A stretch of 64,000 nucleotides of DNA, taken from the IMG/VR virus record IMGVR_UViG_3300011008_000177, positions 2,230 through 66,229 of that record; one strand, written 5' to 3'. The position numbers and the translations under genes were made by a program. The notes under the pieces are model-generated. The model was not told where the DNA came from and ran no database searches. It worked only from the letters and a program-made list of their open reading frames with translations. Shown piece by piece: positions 53,125 to 62,492 of the stretch (positions are counted from its first letter, which is position 1; each line of letters opens with the position of its first letter). The DNA comes from a virus. Taxonomy: Duplodnaviria > Caudoviricetes.

Positions 53125-54249
53125 TTATATTGTTTGATTAATATAATTTTGTATAGATGATATTGATAAGTTTGTATCATATTTCTTTTCTATAAACATA
53201 TGAATTTTATCAATTGGAGACAACGATTTATCAAGAATAAATTCATATTCTGAATTTTTAATATTATTAATTATTTCAGATTCTTCTGTTGTTATTTCTT
53301 TAATAGATAAAGAAAATATATTTTCTTTAAGTAAAAGAGTTCTAATTGTATCATTAAATAAAGTATTATTTGAATCTGGATGAAATACCAATTTAATTTT
53401 ACCAATAATTTCATTATTGAATAATTTGATATTATTAATTTTTATTTTTAATAATTCTTTTATCAATAGTCTTTTATCATTATAAACTTTACTATTTTCA
53501 TTAAAATCATAAGTCTTGTAAATATAAGCTTGCTCATTTTCTATAAACTTAAATTCATCATTTTCAATGATACCATAGCCTTTATTAATTTCTTCTCCAA
53601 ATTTCCATCTGAATAGTGAACCAACATAAACTACATTATCCATTTCTTTATGTAGATGATAATGACCAAATACACACAATTTACAAATATCTGTAAAATC
53701 ATTTACTGTAAATAATGGAGAATGTTTTTCATTTACATTTCTGGAATGAATGTTAATATCAAATGGTAAAATATCTGAAATATTTCCATGTCCAAATATA
53801 TAATCATATTTATTATTGGAATATAGATAATCTTTATAGTATTCTTCTTTATTAAAAATATATTCCTCTGGAACATACAAAATATGATGATTATCGATAA
53901 TTTCATCACTAACATTTCTAATTACTTTAAAATCTATATATGGTGAAAGAATATATTCATTGAATAATTGATATTGATTCATATCATGACTATGTGTTCC
54001 ATAAACAATTCTAATTTTTGTATTTGTTAATTTACACATATTGACAATATAAATCATTGTGTTAATTGCTAAAGCTGTATATTCTTCATCAGCTCGAAGT
54101 GCTCTATCAAAATAATCTCCTAAAATTACAACTAAATTTGTTTTATTAAATTTTAATTCTTTATCAATAATATTCGTAATTGTATTATATGTATAATTGG
54201 TATCTTTAATAGCACCTATGTGAATATCAGCCAATAATAAAATTCTCAT
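53125..54249 (-). CDS. sbcD: SbcD/Mre11-like metallophosphoesterase nuclease
   Basis: LADIHIG, ILGDYFD, GTHSHD (GNHD variant), FGHG, FGHYH, YVGSL, EEINKGY. Confidence 0.88.
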   Translation of the reverse strand: MRILLLADIHIGAIKDTNYTYNTITNIIDKELKFNKTNLVVILGDYFDRALRADEEYTALAINTMIYIVNMCKLTNTKIRIVYGTHSHDMNQYQLFNEYILSPYIDFKVIRNVSDEIIDNHHILYVPEEYIFNKEEYYKDYLYSNNKYDYIFGHGNISDILPFDINIHSRNVNEKHSPLFTVNDFTDICKLCVFGHYHLHKEMDNVVYVGSLFRWKFGEEINKGYGIIENDEFKFIENEQAYIYKTYDFNENSKVYNDKRLLIKELLKIKINNIKLFNNEIIGKIKLVFHPDSNNTLFNDTIRTLLLKENIFSLSIKEITTEESEIINNIKNSEYEFILDKSLSPIDKIHMFIEKKYDTNLSISSIQNYINQTI

Positions 54250-54334
54250 TATTAAATCCTCCCTAAAAGATATCTTGTTTTATAATAATATATTATTATT
54301 TTATAATCAATCAAAAAGGGGATTTTTATAAAAA

Positions 54335-54901
54335 ATGTATTATAATTTAGCTTATAAAAAGATAGATAATAATGTTATAATATTTCCAACATCAAATGAT
54401 ATGTATCATCACACAATTGCATTTTGTAAATCATTCTATGATAAAATTTCACGCACAGATGAAAGAAAATTATTATTGATTGATTTAAAAAGTAATACTG
54501 ATATAATTAAAGAAAATTTAACATATCATTTTATTCTTGAAAAGAATGCTCGATATATTCTAAATCATCAATTTGATGTTTTATATATAATTGAACAATT
54601 CTTTCTTGAACATAAAAGAAGGTTTAATAATAATCGTCTAAATGTTGTATTTCATTTACCAAAATTATTATTAGCTGATTTTAAAGATGATTATCAATAT
54701 CTTAATAGATTTAAACATCATTACACAAATAATATCAATCCATTCATTGATGAAATATTTGCAAATGTAAATATTAAGATAAATATAATAGGAGAAGATC
54801 ATTTGATAATTGGAAATAAAAATAATAAATATAGATATTACATTGATTTTTCAAATGGTAATATTTTAATTAATTATTTTAATACAGAGAAGGAGAATTA
54901 G
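54335..54901 (+). CDS. Hypothetical protein (distant paralog of next ORF)
   Basis: 188-aa ORF sharing LxYxxIDxNxII, VxFxxPK and terminal FxNG motifs with 54904-55713. Confidence 0.55.
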   Translation: MYYNLAYKKIDNNVIIFPTSNDMYHHTIAFCKSFYDKISRTDERKLLLIDLKSNTDIIKENLTYHFILEKNARYILNHQFDVLYIIEQFFLEHKRRFNNNRLNVVFHLPKLLLADFKDDYQYLNRFKHHYTNNINPFIDEIFANVNIKINIIGEDHLIIGNKNNKYRYYIDFSNGNILINYFNTEKEN

Positions 54902-54903
54902 TT

Positions 54904-55713
54904 ATGAAAAAATTAGTCTATGAGCAAATCGATAAGAACATAATAATTTATGCAAAGAATCCTGTCAGAGTTAATGACTTAATTATCACCCCCAGAATAT
55001 TATCATATCAAATAATACACCCAGATGAATTTAGTATACTTAAACATGATTCCGTGATCCAAGTTATTGTTGCACCAACGATACATGAATTATTAGATTT
55101 GAAATTAAAAGAAATTTTAAAATCATTGCTTGATTGGGGAGAAAAATTTAATTTTGGAAAAATAAAAATTTTCTTTAGAATTCCAAAAAATCATCCATTA
55201 TTAATGGAACAAATTACAGTTGTAAAAACTCTAATTGATGAGTTGAATGATTTCATGAAGGATGAGTTTGCATCAAGAAAAATGCATTATCAAATTCGAC
55301 TATTCTTAGAAAATGAAATAACATTTGGAAAAGATTCAAACAGTACAAAACTTACATGTAGTTTTAAAAATGGTACATTTGAAATTATTAAACATGTCGC
55401 TGATAAATATCATCGATTTCGTTATGATAATAATCAAATAAAGAATTATGTTAAAGATGATACTAATTTATTACTATATCTAAAATCGAATACTCCAAAA
55501 GCTATATTAAATACTTTTAAAAGTGATAAAGAATTATTAGATTTCTTTAAAAAAGAATATTTACAAATAAATGATAAAAAATCAATTAAGTTAAATCCAA
55601 TCAATCTTACAACAGATGAAAAGGATATTAATAAATTAAAGGAAAATATTACCAAAACAATTAAAGAAATTTTTGGTGTTGATGAGGAGCATGTTCATGT
55701 TGAGAATAATTAA
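54904..55713 (+). CDS. Hypothetical protein
   Basis: 269 aa with AGGAG RBS. Confidence 0.6.
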   Translation: MKKLVYEQIDKNIIIYAKNPVRVNDLIITPRILSYQIIHPDEFSILKHDSVIQVIVAPTIHELLDLKLKEILKSLLDWGEKFNFGKIKIFFRIPKNHPLLMEQITVVKTLIDELNDFMKDEFASRKMHYQIRLFLENEITFGKDSNSTKLTCSFKNGTFEIIKHVADKYHRFRYDNNQIKNYVKDDTNLLLYLKSNTPKAILNTFKSDKELLDFFKKEYLQINDKKSIKLNPINLTTDEKDINKLKENITKTIKEIFGVDEEHVHVENN

Positions 55714-56341
55714 AGATATATTTTCTCCAGTATTAAGTGATCGAATAATAAAAAAATATATGAAAAAGAAATTGTTAATTGAATCTCCCATAGAGGAGAT
55801 TCAATTTCAACCCAATTCTGTAGATTTGACATTATCCGATAAAGTTAAAGTTTTAAATCATGATTATTATCATAATTATTCAAAATATGATGATCGGATT
55901 ATAAATAGACTTGATAATTATATTGATATAAGATTTCCAATTAAATATATCGACAAAACATTTGATACTTGTATAACATCTTCTGGAAAAGAATTAAAAT
56001 GTTATGTATTAAATCCAGGAGATTTTGCACTAATGTCAACAAAGGAAAAATTAAATATTCCTAATGGACTAATTGCATTTGTACAAGGTAGATCATCAAT
56101 TGCTCGTTTGGGTATTCAAGTTGAACAGGCTGGTTTGATTGATAGTGGATTTACTGGTGCAATAACATGTGAAGTATTTAATGAAACTCATGAAAGAATC
56201 ATGCTATTTGAAAATATGAGAATAGCTCAAGTATATTTCTTCAAATCACAATATGCTGATAAATTATATGGTATCTTCGGTAGCAAATATCAAAATCAAT
56301 CAGGACCAACAGAATCAAGAATTAATAATGATTTTAAATAA
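55697..56341 (+). CDS. dcd: dCTP deaminase
   Basis: ATG 55697 after GAGGAG (track start 55673). LSDRII, QPNSVDLTL, GRSSIARLG, GLIDSGFTG, RIAQ, KYQNQSGPTESR. Confidence 0.92.
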   Translation: MLRIIKDIFSPVLSDRIIKKYMKKKLLIESPIEEIQFQPNSVDLTLSDKVKVLNHDYYHNYSKYDDRIINRLDNYIDIRFPIKYIDKTFDTCITSSGKELKCYVLNPGDFALMSTKEKLNIPNGLIAFVQGRSSIARLGIQVEQAGLIDSGFTGAITCEVFNETHERIMLFENMRIAQVYFFKSQYADKLYGIFGSKYQNQSGPTESRINNDFK

Positions 56342-56361
56342 TAAATATTGAGGTATTAAAA

Positions 56362-56844
56362 ATGAAAGATATGAATTATAATGAAAAGTTTACAACTGAT
56401 AAAGTTCATGAAGTATCTATGGTATTTAAAACATGTTCAAATAATCGTGCAATTTGGATAGGAACAACACAACAAACTTATTTATCAAACATAGATAATT
56501 TTCTAATTAATCAAAATCTTTCGAAATTAATTTCATTACATAAATCATATAAATTCAATGATAATCAAGAAACAAAAATTCAAATTCATTGTAAGCAAAG
56601 TAATGGATATAAGATTCTATATAGTGGAAATATTAATGAAATACCTACAATGTATGAGTCATTAAAAATTCTTCCATGGAATGAAGAAATTGCATTACAT
56701 TTAAGACCAATGACATTATACATTTATGTGAAATATGATCAATCTAAAATTGATCATGCAAAGGATATGTTGGATAAAGCTGATTATGAAGAACAAGAAG
56801 AAGATAGTTTATTCAGATTATTTACAAGGAGAAAATATAAATAA
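56362..56844 (+). CDS. Hypothetical protein
   Basis: 160 aa with GAGGT RBS. Confidence 0.6.
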   Translation: MKDMNYNEKFTTDKVHEVSMVFKTCSNNRAIWIGTTQQTYLSNIDNFLINQNLSKLISLHKSYKFNDNQETKIQIHCKQSNGYKILYSGNINEIPTMYESLKILPWNEEIALHLRPMTLYIYVKYDQSKIDHAKDMLDKADYEEQEEDSLFRLFTRRKYK

Positions 56845-57035
56845 TGTGTAATTTTAATAAAAATAATATAGATCCAAAAATTCCACTAGATCTTTATGGA
56901 CCTAACGAATCACCAATATCAACTGCTTCTGATAGTTGGTTGAATCCTGTTAAAAATATTTTCAAAAGATCTAGAAAAGAATTTATTACCCGTGATCAAT
57001 TTAATGAAATGATTGGTGCTAAAGTTATTGAATAA
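56844..57035 (+). CDS. Small hypothetical protein
   Basis: TAATG coupling to the previous gene; followed by a hairpin. Confidence 0.45.
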   Translation: MCNFNKNNIDPKIPLDLYGPNESPISTASDSWLNPVKNIFKRSRKEFITRDQFNEMIGAKVIE

Positions 57036-57045
57036 ATAAATAAAG

Positions 57046-57078
57046 TTATTTAGGTGGAAGATATTTCCACCTAAATAA
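57046..57078 (+). terminator. Hairpin terminator
   Basis: ttatttaggtggaa-gatat-ttccacctaaataa, 14-bp stem. Confidence 0.7.
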
Positions 57079-57143
57079 TTATTAAACATTATTTTTTAAT
57101 GATATATTCTTAAGATAAATAATAATATTAAGGTGTTTTAAAA

Positions 57144-59188
57144 ATGGCTTATAATAAGATTCAATTAAAATTAAAATGTGAATGGTGTGGGAAAGATTTT
57201 GAAATATTAAAAAGTGTTAATCATCGTAGAAAGAAAAATAACACACCCGATCTTTGTGAAGATTGTATAAAAATTCATAGAAATAAAATAATCAGTGAGA
57301 AACAAAGTAAAATTTGGAATAATAAAACTGAAGAAGAATTGAAACAAATATCAGATTTACATAGAGATATTTGGTATAACCAATCAGATGATGTTAAAGA
57401 TAAAATTTTAAACTTAGCTAAAGATGGTTATCAAAATTATTTAAACAATATGACTGATGAGCAGAAGAAAAATATTTCCAAAATGCATAGGAAAGATACA
57501 TTAGATTATTATGCAACAAGAACTGAAGAGCAAAAAATAAAACACAATGAAAATCTTTCCAAAGCTAAAGAAGAAGAATGGAAAAATATGAATGATGATG
57601 AAAAAAATAAACGTTTGTATGCACTTCATATTGGGGGAGAAAATTATAGACGAAATATGACTGAAGAAGAAAAGAAAATTCAGAATAAGTTAATGATTAA
57701 TGGTAGAAATGAATGGTTGAAAAATTTAACCGATGAGGAAAGAATTTATTATATCACAAAATTATCATTATCTCTACAAGAATCATGGGATCTGATGACT
57801 CCTGAAGAAAGAGAAGAACGTTCTGAATTAATTAAACAGGGTATGAAAAATATGTCGGATGAAGCTAAAGAACAAATGCATGAGAATCAAAAAATAGCTG
57901 CTATCAAAAGATATAAGGATCCGGAAGAACATGAAAAAATTAGTAGAGCTATTAGACTGGGTAAAGCTAATATGTCACCAGAAAATAGAAAACAAATGAT
58001 ACAAAATTCATTTAGAAATAAAGATTGGTATAATCAACTACATCGGAAATTTGAAATATATTTCAAAGAATCAGAATTATCTAAACATTTCTACTATGAT
58101 AGTGAAATTTATGTAAATAATAATTCTATTGGACATTTATGGGATTATGGAATATATAACAAATATGGAGAATTAGAATTATTATTAGATTTAGATGGTG
58201 TATTTTATCATGCAGATGATAAGTATGATTATAATGGAATACAATCACATGAAGAATATGATGAAATAAGATATTTATCAATTCCAAATAATATTAAATC
58301 ATGTATTATATATGAATTAAAATTTGATGAATCGTTTGAATATCTAATCAATATTTTAAAATTATCATATGATGAATTTATAAAAAATAAACATGAATAT
58401 TTTAAGAATATTAAATTTCCATATCCTCAATATAATGATAAAGAATTAAAATATTCATATGAGCAATTATGTAAATTAGATAATGATGATACAAATCATA
58501 AAAATAAAATATTCTTAAATGTAAAATTAGGTAATCACTTAATTTACCATTTTCATCCTAGTATATTTAAAGATCATTATAATGATAAATTATCTCCATA
58601 TGATATATGGAATGATAATAAATCTTTAATGAATTTAATGATAATAAATCTTTAATGAATTTAATTAAATCTAATGCATTATTACATAATCATTTAAATA
58701 TGAATAAAATATATCAATCATTTAATATGAATTATGCTATAAGATTTATAAATGCAAGCAGATCTAAATTAATAATAAATAAATATTTAAATGATTATGA
58801 TTTAATATTTAATCCATATGATAAATATTCAGGTATAATGTTAGGATCATTATCATTAAATAAACAATATATCGGATTAAATGAAAATATCGATATATTA
58901 AATGAATCATATAACATGATACATTTTCTACAGAAATATTTTAAAATTCCACAGGTGAATATATACAATAAAAATATATTATCACATACTGGAAGTTATC
59001 CATGTTTGTTTACATCATTATCACTACATGATGATTCAGATAAATTCATAAATGAATGTTTATTAAGATTTGATTGTAATAAATATGTATTCGTTATAAA
59101 TGATACACACAAATACAAAAATAATGTGGTAGAAAAAATTTATAATAGAAATTATTATGATGAATATATCATATTAATTAATAAATAG
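57144..59188 (+). pseudogene. Zn ribbon + 23-aa repeat array + PD-(D/E)XK-type nuclease + degenerate DNA methyltransferase-like domain, split by a 26-nt duplication
   Basis: Track ORFs 57144-58655 and 58655-59188 fuse in frame (672 aa) when one duplicate copy is removed. CEWC..LCEDC; seven consecutive 23-aa repeats; HLWDY..LLLDLDG; IFNPYDKYSGIMLG..YIG (motif I-like); CLFTSLSL (lost xPPY). Confidence 0.65.
58611..58662. repeat. Perfect 26-nt tandem duplication
   Basis: aatgataataaatctttaatgaattt at 58611-58636 and 58637-58662. Confidence 0.95.
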
Positions 59189-59205
59189 GGAGGAAATCTT
59201 CAATC

Positions 59206-60369
59206 ATGTTAGAATATTTAAACAAATTACCATCAGCTTATAGAGATAATGTTAATATAGGTTTACTCTATAAAAAATATGATCGTCCATTAGCAGAATA
59301 TTTGTTTGAAGCATTTAAGTCAATGGAAATATTACCAAATATAAAAATTTTACGATATGAATGGGATCAACGTGAAGATGCATATGATCCAAATGATCAT
59401 ATTGTTAGAAGAAATACATTAAAGAATAAATTAGTAAAGAGTATGAGTGAAACTAGATGCGGTATATTTACATTATTTGCTGAAGTTGGTGGGATTGATA
59501 AGGATGGCAAATACAAATATCAATATATTGCAAAACCTATCATTGTGCCCATTGAAGATGAAAATGGATATTTAATGATTAAGAATAAACGCTGCTATTT
59601 AATATATCAGCTAGTTGATAAACTTTGTTATCCTTCATTTTCTGCAGTAACAGTAAAATCATTGATGCCAATATGTGTTAAAACATCCAAAGATAATTTT
59701 ACTGATACAAATGGAAATGAACATGTAATTTCCACATATACAATTCAAATCTTTAAAGATGCAATAAATGTATTATTAATATATTCACATATGGGAATTA
59801 CTCAAACTCTAAATTTCTTAGAAGTTGATAGATTTATTAGAGTTGAAGAAAGATCAGCTGAGTATTTAGATGAAGAAGAATACATTAGATTCAATTGTAA
59901 TAAAGATAATGATATTTGCATTGCTGTATTAAAGAAAGCATTTGAAAAAGATATTTATGTAAGATCTATTGTTGGATGCTTAATTAATTTATTCAATGAA
60001 ACAAAAGTTCCATATAAAGATATTGATAATGTTGATGAATGGTTACTGATAGTTGGAAAAAAGAATACTGTAAGTAAGGGTAGATATCAACATATATTCT
60101 TTAATCGTTTATTGGATGATGTAACAAAAAATGAATTGAAAATAAATGCTTATGATAAGCAGAATATTTATTATTTATTACGATGGATATTACAAAATTA
60201 CTTAGATTTATGGAGTAAAGATAATCTAAGTATGATCAATAAACGTATTCGTAGAAACGAATATGTTGGATCTTTTATTACTAAGGAAATTAGTTCTAGA
60301 ATCAATAGAATAATTTCATTAGGTAACAGAGCTACATTAAAGGACAACTTAAACATGTTCAAATTCTCT
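59206..60369 (+). CDS. rpoB: RNA polymerase beta subunit N-terminal half (split phage RNAP), exon 1
   Basis: IVPIEDENGY..LIYQLVDK and KRIRRNEY motifs; GGAGG RBS; the exon ends at the U of a U-G wobble in P1 (..TTCTCT). Confidence 0.85.
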
Positions 60370-61951
60370 AAATAAAATCTTTGGAGTTCTTTTCATAATT
60401 GCTGGAAGTTCCTTAAGCTCAAATAACCGCGATTATATAGTAATGTATAATGTCAGCAAATATCGTAATGGATATTGGATGGTAATATCATTTGAGATTG
60501 GATAATCAGCAGCTAAGAATAATTTATAAATGCTATCAAATATTTACTATACACATATTAATAGAAAAGAGGTGAAATTATATTATGGATAGATCTGCTA
60601 CTAAAAATACATATAAATGCATAAATTGTGGTAAAGAATTTACCACTAACATTATTTATCCACATGGCTTTCTTTGTTGTGATTGTAGAAAATTTACAAA
60701 GATAACAGTAAAATGTTCTATGTGTGGTAAAGATATTCAACTACATTGGAATTCTTATCGTAGAAATTTTAATGGTCCATTTAGATGTCAAGATTGTTTC
60801 AATGATTATCAGAAAAATAATAAAATTGAATATTATAAAAATGAAACTGAAGAAGAAAAACAGAAACGAATTGAAAGTCATATTGATGGATGGAACAATA
60901 TTTCAGAAGAATTAAAACAATCAATAGCAAAGAAAAAATCTATTGTAATGAAAAACAAACTTAAAGATTTATCACATAATGAAAGATATGCTAAAATATC
61001 TAAAGCTATTGATAAAGTTAAAGAGAAATGGGATAATATTCCAAGATCTGAACATAACAATTATATGGATCATATTCATAATGGTTATGATAAATGGCGT
61101 TCAAATTTATTAAATAATAATATTGCTTATAATGAATACTGTAACAATTTATCATTAGGACAAATAACAAGATATAAAAATCCTAATGAACGATTAAAGA
61201 CATCTATGATCATGAGATCGATAGCATCCAAAATAACATATGAAGAATTTCTCAATCAAATATATAAAAAAGTTATTAAATGGAATAATGATAGTTCTAA
61301 ACATATTCATACAGAAACTGATACTGAAGAAATGTTTAAAAATATATTAGATATATTAAATATTAAATATACTTTACAATATTTCAATACTATTCGAAAT
61401 CAATCATTTAAAGAATTATTTCCATATAATCCGTATTATAAAACTGAATTTATTTCCCCATATCATCGTTGGGATTTCTTGATACATATTAAACCATTTG
61501 ATATTTTTATTGATATTGATGGAAATATTCATGATTTAAATACTCATCATGGAATGGTTACAAATAAAATTGGAAATAAATTTAATTTAAATGATTATAT
61601 TCAATTTAATGACTTGCAAAGAAAATATCAAACTGATAATCTTCATGGATATGTTATTGAATGTTACAATAATAAATTATCAAATGATACAATTGTAACT
61701 GATATTATTACAGGTAAAAAATTACCATTAAATCAATTTTTAAATCTGATAGCAAAATTTAAATTATAAATTATTCGTGTTCAACGACTATCTCATTTAT
61801 GAGAGTACAATCATAAGTTAATGATGATTGGAAACGAAAAGCGTTATAATATTTTTAATATTGTAATGAAGATATAGTCTCATCTTTATAGAAATATAAA
61901 GCAGAGTTAAAAGCTCGGTATAAGTGTTACGAACTTATATGAAGATAAATG
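60370..61951 (+). mobile_element. Group I self-splicing intron (1582 nt) with embedded endonuclease ORF
   Basis: P1 ctct|aaa pairs with tttggag (U60369-G60383 wobble). P AATTGCTGGAAG 60397, Q AATCAGCAG 60504, R GTTCAACGACTA 61779, S AAGATATAGTCT 61869; terminal G61951; P10 aaatct/agattt. Splicing gives in-frame FKFS-ADLF. Confidence 0.93.
60585..61769 (+). CDS. Intron-encoded endonuclease: two Zn ribbons + helical repeat array + PD-(D/E)XK/EDxHD-type nuclease
   Basis: CINC..CCDC, CSMC..CQDC, 19/23-aa repeats, HRWDF..IFIDIDGNIHD; AGAGGTGA RBS; located between Q and R. Confidence 0.82.
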   Translation: MDRSATKNTYKCINCGKEFTTNIIYPHGFLCCDCRKFTKITVKCSMCGKDIQLHWNSYRRNFNGPFRCQDCFNDYQKNNKIEYYKNETEEEKQKRIESHIDGWNNISEELKQSIAKKKSIVMKNKLKDLSHNERYAKISKAIDKVKEKWDNIPRSEHNNYMDHIHNGYDKWRSNLLNNNIAYNEYCNNLSLGQITRYKNPNERLKTSMIMRSIASKITYEEFLNQIYKKVIKWNNDSSKHIHTETDTEEMFKNILDILNIKYTLQYFNTIRNQSFKELFPYNPYYKTEFISPYHRWDFLIHIKPFDIFIDIDGNIHDLNTHHGMVTNKIGNKFNLNDYIQFNDLQRKYQTDNLHGYVIECYNNKLSNDTIVTDIITGKKLPLNQFLNLIAKFKL

Positions 61952-62491
61952 GCAGATTTGTTTATGACAACTTTATATTCGTCAGGTGTATTAAGATATG
62001 CTGAAAATAATAATGACATGGATATGAAAAGTAAAATCCTATTCACCAAGAAAGGCCCTAACTCACTCGGGGTCAATGATTCCAGAAGAATTCCTACAAG
62101 ACAAAGAATACTACATCCAAGTATGTTGGGATATGTTGATATATCAGATTCTAGCAGTAGTGATCCTGGACAAGGTGGAAGTCTTAGTCCATATTGTGAT
62201 TTAAAATCAATGTATTTTGATGATTCATTATATGAAAATAAAAAACACTATGAATTAGCAAAATTATTAGACGAATTTCCATATGAATGGGATGGAGAAG
62301 AATTTCATATTCAATGTGAAAATGATATTCAATATAATGAAGTATTGGATAAATTATTTGAATATGGAAAAGATAAAATAAAAATGTATGGAGTATCTTC
62401 AAATCCATTTGAAATAATTGTGGATGAAGATCCACGAGATAAGTATAGAAAGTTTGATGAAGAAAAATTTCTAATGAAAGAAGAGAATTAA
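61952..62491 (+). CDS. rpoB: RNA polymerase beta N-terminal half, exon 2
   Basis: SSGVLRY, TKKGPNSLG, LHPSMLGYVDISDSSSSDPGQGGSLSP (RpoB fork-loop region VHPTHYGR..IGL..SL equivalent); spliced product 567 aa. Confidence 0.85.
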   Translation, partial: ADLFMTTLYSSGVLRYAENNNDMDMKSKILFTKKGPNSLGVNDSRRIPTRQRILHPSMLGYVDISDSSSSDPGQGGSLSPYCDLKSMYFDDSLYENKKHYELAKLLDEFPYEWDGEEFHIQCENDIQYNEVLDKLFEYGKDKIKMYGVSSNPFEIIVDEDPRDKYRKFDEEKFLMKEEN

Positions 62492-62492
62492 C

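Noticed and set aside
57312-58023. CRISPR-like or DNA-level tandem array
   Set aside because: Periodicity is at the protein level only; there are no identical DNA repeats with spacers, and no cas genes.
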